The position numbers were made by a program, and so were the translations under genes. Source: an uncultured Armatimonadia bacterium (GTDB lineage: Bacteria; Armatimonadota; Zipacnadia; Zipacnadales; UBA11051). Taken from it: a DNA stretch of 64,000 bases. The notes under the pieces are model-generated. The model was not told where the DNA came from. It saw nothing but the letters and a program-made list of their open reading frames with translations, and made no database searches. The DNA lies in the NCBI GenBank assembly GCA_964549395.1, contig CAZJVY010000008.1, positions 1,654-65,653 on the forward strand, written 5' to 3'. Positions 58,388 through 64,000 of the stretch are shown here, in pieces (position 1 is the first letter of the stretch; each line of letters opens with the position of its first letter).

Positions 58388-60985
58388 CTATACTTCGATG
58401 ACCTCACCCGGTTGCAGGGATATGGTGCGGCTCTCTCCCTCAACCGTCAAGCCGGTCTCAACGGGACTACCTCCGAGCGATCTGATGAAGATACGCCCAC
58501 TGGGCGCTACGGTGGCCTCCCAGTGAGCATCGGCCGAGATATGGAGCCGGCAGCGACGGTAGTCAGCGGAGAAGTTGGGCAAGGTGGCCTGGCAAGTGTA
58601 ACTTCCATCCCAGATGACTGTGCAACCGTCAGGCACCGGCAGCGTCTCCCATCCGCCCATGTCGAATTGCAGTGCGCAGGTCCGTGGGGCATCGGCGATG
58701 TTGAAGACGGCCAGATACGCCGGTGTGAGCAGGGCATCCACCAAGTCGCGGCCCAACGCGCGAACGACCGTTTCCGCTCGCGAGGCGGTCTGCGAAGCCT
58801 GTTGGTTTGGGTGGATTGCGACCGCAAGACCAGAGATTACATCCCCCGGCGCGTAGTCGTGTGCTTGGTTGTCATACGACAGAATGAGGAAATCCTCCAT
58901 GCCGGTGTACTTGGGATAGACGTGCTTGGCCTGGTACGCCAGCCCCTTGCTCCCGAAGATAACATAACCGACCGCGTCGTCCAGGTTGGCCCAGCCTGCC
59001 CGATCCGTGCGGAACCATTCATCATGCTGAGAAACAGCGGAGATGGCCGTGAATTCAGTTCCCTGGGTGTAAAGCGTGCGGCGTCCGGGGGCTAGCTGCC
59101 TGAGTTGCGAATAGTCCTCGTTGCGGACCCCGATCTCGCCGGAGCGCTGCTCGAGCACTCGGACAGACTGCTCAGCTACCGTGCGATCGAAAAAGAAGGC
59201 GACCTCGTCATCGGGGACAACGAGGGCGATGTTCTGCAAGATGCGCCCCTCTTCGCGCTCCCACTGGACTGCCGCGCTGAAACCGATACCGTCTTCATTG
59301 ACACTGTAGCGACGCTTGCGTCCTCCGCCGGGGAATTCGGGCCGGGGGTCGCAGACATAGCTGCCAGACAGGCTGTGGCTGTGCGGAGTGATGAGCCACG
59401 ACCCCTCCTCGGGCTGGACGAACACGACCGGCCGGTTGCGCCACGAGAAACCGGCGGTGGTTCTGTCGGCTTTGCGCAGGATGAAACCCCCGTGGGGGAA
59501 GACGTGCACGCCGCGCTGCCACGCCTTGAATTCCGCCTCGCTGCAGGGCTGGGCGCCATCGCCCAACACCCAGTGTAGGAGAAACGCCTCGGCATAGCCC
59601 ATCATGGCCCCTCGCTCGGCGCCCCGCATCGTCTGTTCGGAGTTGAGGCGGTACGATTCGGGGTCGGGAGTGTAGAGGTGCCCTCCGGGGAGGCCGTCCA
59701 TGATGCGCTTGCCCTGCTCTAGGCACCTGCGTTCCAGATAGGCCGCGTGACAATCGTTGAGGAGCACGCTCATGCCCGCGTGAGACATCGTGTCTCCGTA
59801 GTGATTGAGGTACCACCAGTCCTGGCTTTGTATCGCGGCGAGCAGGCCGTCATCCTCCGCCATGCGCTTGAGTGTGTTGTAGAGCGGCTGTCGGTTGAAA
59901 CGAAGGACCTCTGGAACTTCCAGACCCGCGAGATGGTGCATCAGGGCCATGCTGGTCGCATAGCGCAGGCCGCTGGCCATGTAATTGGGGTGCACGAAGT
60001 CGTGGTTTTCCGCAGTGAAGTCAGGATGGGTGGTGGCGCCGACGGTCCAAGATCGCACTTCCTTGCCCTGAAGCAGGTCCGTGTTGCGCCTGCAGTCATA
60101 CGGGGTGACGCAGATGTTCGCTGTCCACCAATCTGCGGCCTGACGCCATTTCTCGGCACGAGGATGACCGTGCAGGAAGCAGGCAGCAAAGGCCATACCG
60201 TGTGCGGTCCAGCCGTTCTCCTCGGTCTGGGTGTTGTGATATGTGCCCACGCGAGGCTCTTCCTCGCACCAGCGGTCGGCATACCACGCGGCCACGTTGG
60301 CGGCCAATTGGCGCGTTTCCTCGTCTAGGTGCTCCCACAGCAGCCATGCAGCCAACCCCATGGCGACGACCGTGCCGCCCGTTTGGCTGGACATGAAGAA
60401 GCGACTCATCCAGTCTATCCCCGGCGTTATCCCGCCCCACTTGCATCCCGAACTCCAACGGCTCTTGCTTTGCACCCGCACGCATTCCGGCGGGCCGGAT
60501 TCGTGCGTGAAGCCGAGGTAGCGGATTGCCCCGACGGCTCTCTGCAGCAGCGTGTCGGCCGCGACGGAAGGGGTCACACCCAATATCTCCGCTGCACCCC
60601 GCGCCACAGCGTAGACCAGCGTCGTATACCCGGTCTCCAGGCCGTACCAGTAAGCGCCACCGAAGAAATGACCGCAATTCGGACGCTCCGGCCAGTCTTG
60701 ATATGTAGCATCTGCCACTGGTAGCCAGCGATATACTGCATCCAGGTAGTACTGCTTCCAGATGTCTGATACGTCTGGAGGCAGTTCTATAGGTCTGACC
60801 AGACCGATTACTGCCTCATCAATCTGAATCTCACTCACCCTAATTCCTCCATCATCAAGCGAATCGTGTGAATGCCACAGGGCCGCATCTGCAATTCCAG
60901 GCTGTCGCACGTTGCCGCCTTCCGCGTCGTTGTGGCTTTCGGCCCGCGTTTGCACGGGCAACGGCGTGGCGGGTGTGATGAACAT
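58388..60985 (-). CDS. Large heparinase II/III-like / alginate-lyase-fold-like protein, probably cytoplasmic (no signal peptide)
   Basis: About 865 aa from the ATG at 60985; the ORF is open to 61105, but that extension reads through an AT-rich promoter-like island. Helical toroid-like N-terminal half with many Trp/His (NHDFVHPNYMASG, NHYGDTMSH) and a beta-rich C-terminal half. Confidence 0.4.
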   Translation of the reverse strand: MFITPATPLPVQTRAESHNDAEGGNVRQPGIADAALWHSHDSLDDGGIRVSEIQIDEAVIGLVRPIELPPDVSDIWKQYYLDAVYRWLPVADATYQDWPERPNCGHFFGGAYWYGLETGYTTLVYAVARGAAEILGVTPSVAADTLLQRAVGAIRYLGFTHESGPPECVRVQSKSRWSSGCKWGGITPGIDWMSRFFMSSQTGGTVVAMGLAAWLLWEHLDEETRQLAANVAAWYADRWCEEEPRVGTYHNTQTEENGWTAHGMAFAACFLHGHPRAEKWRQAADWWTANICVTPYDCRRNTDLLQGKEVRSWTVGATTHPDFTAENHDFVHPNYMASGLRYATSMALMHHLAGLEVPEVLRFNRQPLYNTLKRMAEDDGLLAAIQSQDWWYLNHYGDTMSHAGMSVLLNDCHAAYLERRCLEQGKRIMDGLPGGHLYTPDPESYRLNSEQTMRGAERGAMMGYAEAFLLHWVLGDGAQPCSEAEFKAWQRGVHVFPHGGFILRKADRTTAGFSWRNRPVVFVQPEEGSWLITPHSHSLSGSYVCDPRPEFPGGGRKRRYSVNEDGIGFSAAVQWEREEGRILQNIALVVPDDEVAFFFDRTVAEQSVRVLEQRSGEIGVRNEDYSQLRQLAPGRRTLYTQGTEFTAISAVSQHDEWFRTDRAGWANLDDAVGYVIFGSKGLAYQAKHVYPKYTGMEDFLILSYDNQAHDYAPGDVISGLAVAIHPNQQASQTASRAETVVRALGRDLVDALLTPAYLAVFNIADAPRTCALQFDMGGWETLPVPDGCTVIWDGSYTCQATLPNFSADYRRCRLHISADAHWEATVAPSGRIFIRSLGGSPVETGLTVEGESRTISLQPGEVIEV

Positions 60986-61003
60986 AATAAATAATATAAT
61001 AGA
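60986..61003 (-). promoter_or_regulatory. AT-rich island (ATAATAAATAATATAATAG) immediately upstream of the putative start of the 58388..60985 gene
   Basis: Seen directly: an 18-nt run of A/T in an otherwise >60% GC context. Candidate -10/UP element. Confidence 0.3.
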
Positions 61004-61138
61004 TTGCGCACTGCGCCCCGCTTCATGTGCTGCGTAGGCGCCCCGTGCACGCGACAACGCCTGCACTGCCGCCTGTCTGCGCGAGAAAGAGGGGAGGCCT
61101 GGCAAGGCCTCCCCTCGTGTTGGTTGCCTATTGACCGT

Positions 61139-62170
61139 CTAACGCTGAACGCGCCCCGACCCTCCAGATTTGATCAGGTGCTCCACCTCAGCCACGCTAA
61201 CCATGTTGGGGTCGCCGTGGATGGTGTGCTTCAGGCAACTTGCAGCGACCGCAAAGTCCAGGCTCTCCTGCGGCCCTTTGCCGGAGAGCATCGAGTAGAT
61301 AATCCCTGCAGCGAAGCTGTCGCCGCCCCCGACGCGGTCCACGATGTGGGTAATGTCGTATTCTGCGCCCACATACATCTCCTTACCGTCGTAGAGCACG
61401 CCGCTCCACGTATTGTGCGACGCGCTGACGGAGCCGCGCAACGTGATGCAGACCGTCTGGAGGCTGGGAAAGCGCTCGACAAGCTTCTCACAGACATAAC
61501 GGTAGGCGTCGGCTTGCACATGACCGCCCTCTACATCGGCTCCGGGCGCTGCAATGCCGAATACCTTGTCGGCGTCCTCCTCGTTCCCGATTGCCACATC
61601 CACGTGCTGTACGAGCTCCGGCATTACGTCGCTGGCGCTCTTGCCCCATTTCCACAGGTTCTTGCGGTAATTCAGGTCGGCCGATATCTTGAGGCCCTTC
61701 TGCTTGGCTGCCTCGATGGCCTCAAGGCACACATCGGCCGCGCCTTCGGAAATGGCCGGAGTTATGCCTGTCCAGTGGAACCAATCCGCGTTCTCGAAGG
61801 CGGCATCCCAGTTGATGTCACCGCGCTTCACCTCAGATACTGAGGACATGGCGCGGTCATAGACCACCTTGGAGGGGCGCTGTACGGCACCGGCCTCCAG
61901 ATAGTAAATACCCAGGCGCTCGCCCTGTCGGACGATGTAACTGGTATCAACGCCGTACTGGCGCAGTGAATTGAGGCAGGCATCCCCGATGGGGTTGTCC
62001 GGTAAGGCGGTTACGAAGCGAGCATCAATACCGAAGTTCGACAGGCTAACGGCCACATTCGCCTCGCCTCCACCATACGTGGCCTCAAACACATCGGTCT
62101 GATTGAAGCGCAAGAACTCAGGCGGCTTGAGACGCAGCATTATCTCCCCGAAGGTTACTGCCGTAGGCAT
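61139..62170 (-). CDS. kdgK: 2-dehydro-3-deoxygluconokinase (PfkB family)
   Basis: N-terminal VTFGEIMLRLKPP, typical of KdgK. GG motif TYGGGEANVAV. C-terminal DRVGGGDSFAAG. Confidence 0.7.
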   Translation of the reverse strand: MPTAVTFGEIMLRLKPPEFLRFNQTDVFEATYGGGEANVAVSLSNFGIDARFVTALPDNPIGDACLNSLRQYGVDTSYIVRQGERLGIYYLEAGAVQRPSKVVYDRAMSSVSEVKRGDINWDAAFENADWFHWTGITPAISEGAADVCLEAIEAAKQKGLKISADLNYRKNLWKWGKSASDVMPELVQHVDVAIGNEEDADKVFGIAAPGADVEGGHVQADAYRYVCEKLVERFPSLQTVCITLRGSVSASHNTWSGVLYDGKEMYVGAEYDITHIVDRVGGGDSFAAGIIYSMLSGKGPQESLDFAVAASCLKHTIHGDPNMVSVAEVEHLIKSGGSGRVQR

Positions 62171-62251
62171 GTTCCCACTCCTCTTCTCGCGGCGACAGCC
62201 GCATTTAGTCTGATGCACAGGCCCTCGGCTGCGTGCCGGCGCGTCGGTTGC

Positions 62252-63295
62252 TCATTCCACGTCAATCATGCATCCCGCTTTCGCCGACTCGTAGCAGGCT
62301 TCGATGACCTTGTGGCTCCAGATGCCATCCTCACCCGAGATGGGGGGATCGGTATCGTTTCCGATGGCCTCGCAGAACGCCGTGACATGTGCGGCGTAGA
62401 TGTTGACCGGCTCGGGCTCGATGGTCTCTGCACCGGCCGCCTCGCGGGCCTGCTGAGCATCGTATCCCTTCTCGCCTCTCTCGATGACGGCCGTGAGGGA
62501 ACCGCCCGACTCCTGGCCGATGGTGCCGAATGACACGACTGACCCCTTGGAGCCGTATACCTCAAGAGCCTGGCGTGACGCCGCATCCGGAACGTTGAAC
62601 AACGCGTCCACGACGCCCTTGGCTCCACTCTCGAACTCCAACAGGGCGACAGCAGTGTCCTCCGCGGGGTAGTCCTGCACGAGATTGCCGGTGAAGCAAC
62701 TCACAGCCCTGGTGGGGCCGAAGAACATTTCGAGCAGGTCCACGCAATGGTTCCCCATGTCGGCAAACGCTCCGCCACCACCCAGCGCCGGGTCCTGGCG
62801 AAAGGCTCCGGGAATCGGCGGATACCAGCAGGTAAGTTCGGCCCGGCCCATCACCGGCGTGCCCAAATCACCTGCGTCAACGAGTTCCTTGATTTTCACA
62901 TGGCAGGCGTGGAACCGCATCATGAAGTTGATCCCCAGCTTCACGCCTGCATCGCGGCACGCTTCGACCATCTCTTCACAATCAGGAAGCGTCAGGGCCA
63001 GCGGCTTTTCGCACAGTACGTGCTTGCCGGCAGCCGCGGCCGCCAGCACCTGCCCGTGGTGAAGATGGTTGGGAGTGGCGATATATACCGCCTCGACATT
63101 GGGGTCGTTGAGCAGATCGTATTCCGTTTCATACTTGACCACGCCATACTTGTCGGCGACGGCCTGTATCCGCGCCGGGTCTATATCCTGAACCGCTACC
63201 AATTCCGCCATAGGTGAGCCGACTATGCCCTCAGGGATAGTCCGGCGGTCAGCGATGCCGCCTGCACCGATCACACCCCACTTTACGCTCATCAT
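62252..63295 (-). CDS. Gfo/Idh/MocA-family oxidoreductase
   Basis: MMSVKWGVIGAGGIADRR Rossmann N-terminus with SD ggaggtg 6 nt upstream; CEKPLA motif. Confidence 0.7.
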   Translation of the reverse strand: MMSVKWGVIGAGGIADRRTIPEGIVGSPMAELVAVQDIDPARIQAVADKYGVVKYETEYDLLNDPNVEAVYIATPNHLHHGQVLAAAAAGKHVLCEKPLALTLPDCEEMVEACRDAGVKLGINFMMRFHACHVKIKELVDAGDLGTPVMGRAELTCWYPPIPGAFRQDPALGGGGAFADMGNHCVDLLEMFFGPTRAVSCFTGNLVQDYPAEDTAVALLEFESGAKGVVDALFNVPDAASRQALEVYGSKGSVVSFGTIGQESGGSLTAVIERGEKGYDAQQAREAAGAETIEPEPVNIYAAHVTAFCEAIGNDTDPPISGEDGIWSHKVIEACYESAKAGCMIDVE

Positions 63296-63410
63296 GAACA
63301 CCTCCGAATGATTGGAATACCACATCGCATCCCCTATGCAACGACCGGGCACACATCTGCGCATGCCCGCAGCAGGTCACTATTCGCCGGAACAATGCCG
63401 ATCTCCTGCC

Positions 63411-64000
63411 TCAGGGCGCAGACGTAGCGGTTCTCTGGCGGGAACTGACCAGCTTGAGACCATACCATGGGCCGATGGCCCATGCCGGCTCCGCTGAGCA
63501 GCCGTGTAGCAGCCTCTGCCACTGGTCCTCGCCTTCGAGCAGTACTAGCAAGTCTCCCGGCTGAAGTCGTTCTGCGACCGTTCTGTCCGGTTTCACGTCC
63601 GGCAGGACGCTGATGGCGCTTGTACTGCCGGAGTAGAGGGCTATCGCGAACCCCGGCCAGCCGGCGATGGCCACATGGGCTCCGCGCGCGGTCTCGCTTG
63701 CCACCAGATGCGCCACCTGCTGTTCCGCCTTGGCAGACTGAGCAAATGCCACATAGCCCCGGAGCACATCCGCCGTCTTTGCCGGTAGCACGCCTCCGAT
63801 GGGCCGCATCATAGCCAATACGACAACACCGGCGACGCCGAGTAGGACCGTCCCCGCAACCGGCCCTCGCACTCGGGATCTGCTGGGTGATGAGGTGAAG
63901 TAGCCTGCCGCCACCATCATCGCCAGTACGAGGCTCGTTGCCAACACCGTTGTACTCAAGCCGGCGAGAGCCGACCAGTACAGAGGCCCGTTACCGTGGC
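63411..64000 (-). CDS. Hypothetical membrane protein, 5' end outside window
   Basis: The frame stays open to the window end (…PLYWSALAGLSTTVLATSLVLAMMVAAGYF). Two TM helices, then a soluble domain. Confidence 0.35.
   Translation of the reverse strand, partial: HGNGPLYWSALAGLSTTVLATSLVLAMMVAAGYFTSSPSRSRVRGPVAGTVLLGVAGVVVLAMMRPIGGVLPAKTADVLRGYVAFAQSAKAEQQVAHLVASETARGAHVAIAGWPGFAIALYSGSTSAISVLPDVKPDRTVAERLQPGDLLVLLEGEDQWQRLLHGCSAEPAWAIGPWYGLKLVSSRQRTATSAP

Noticed and set aside
60986-61105. N-terminal 40-aa extension of the 905-aa ORF (MPGLPSFSRRQAAV... resembling a twin-arginine signal)
   Set aside because: The extension translates through an 18-nt AT-rich island (giving SIILFIMFI) that looks like promoter DNA rather than coding sequence. 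The RR is not followed by a proper hydrophobic h-region, so the ATG at 60985 is preferred.
1-64000. Search for CRISPR arrays, rRNA/tRNA genes, IS elements, integrases and phage genes
   Set aside because: No short direct-repeat/spacer pattern, no tRNA-like GTTCGAATC T-arm contexts, and no transposase- or integrase-like ORFs were found by eye. The window looks like ordinary chromosomal core and accessory metabolic content rather than a mobile island.

Overview
High-GC bacterial chromosomal window, gene-dense, with about 43 supportable protein-coding genes and no rRNA, tRNA or CRISPR array seen by eye. TGA is an ordinary stop codon here (for example the PfkB kinase at 522 and the third lyase paralog at 56375). 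ATG, GTG and TTG starts all occur. High-GC shadow ORFs are frequent on the antisense strand of real genes and were discarded. From start to end the window holds the following. (1) Housekeeping genes: khpB/jag 3' part, a PfkB kinase, a tautomerase and an M20 peptidase. (2) A minus-strand operon of three membrane-anchored HEAT-repeat proteins, followed by a membrane-anchored degenerate PHP-domain gene that is split by one in-frame TGA. (3) A beta-propeller glycosidase-like gene plus addB-addA, where both subunits carry Cys clusters. (4) A TPR lipoprotein, an ornithine cyclodeaminase-family protein, a GAF histidine kinase, an Fe-alcohol dehydrogenase, lpxC followed by a DegT aminotransferase and a Gfo/Idh/MocA oxidoreductase (a GnnB/GnnA-like pair pointing to GlcN3N lipid A), and folE2. 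(5) Two unknown membrane proteins, mutM, a 654-aa polytopic membrane protein, and an ECF transporter with S+A+A' fused in one polypeptide plus EcfT. (6) A TauE exporter, a URO-D family protein, a thioredoxin lipoprotein, an APC permease fused to tandem UspA domains, RidA, an alpha/beta hydrolase and an ABM-barrel protein. (7) The most striking locus: three tandem paralogous genes encoding ~1180-aa signal-peptide proteins with a heparinase II/III-like HxHxDxxS motif and a conserved N-terminal Cys module containing a C4 zinc-ribbon-like insert. They are followed on the opposite strand by a GH42-like hydrolase, a 900-aa lyase-fold-like protein, kdgK and a Gfo/Idh/MocA reductase, which reads as a uronate-polysaccharide utilisation locus. 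The taxon cannot be assigned from sequence alone, although the gene content (many HEAT, TPR and heparinase-like proteins) is compatible with a PVC-type or similar environmental lineage. No similarity searches were run, so every family assignment rests on motifs and remembered family signatures.
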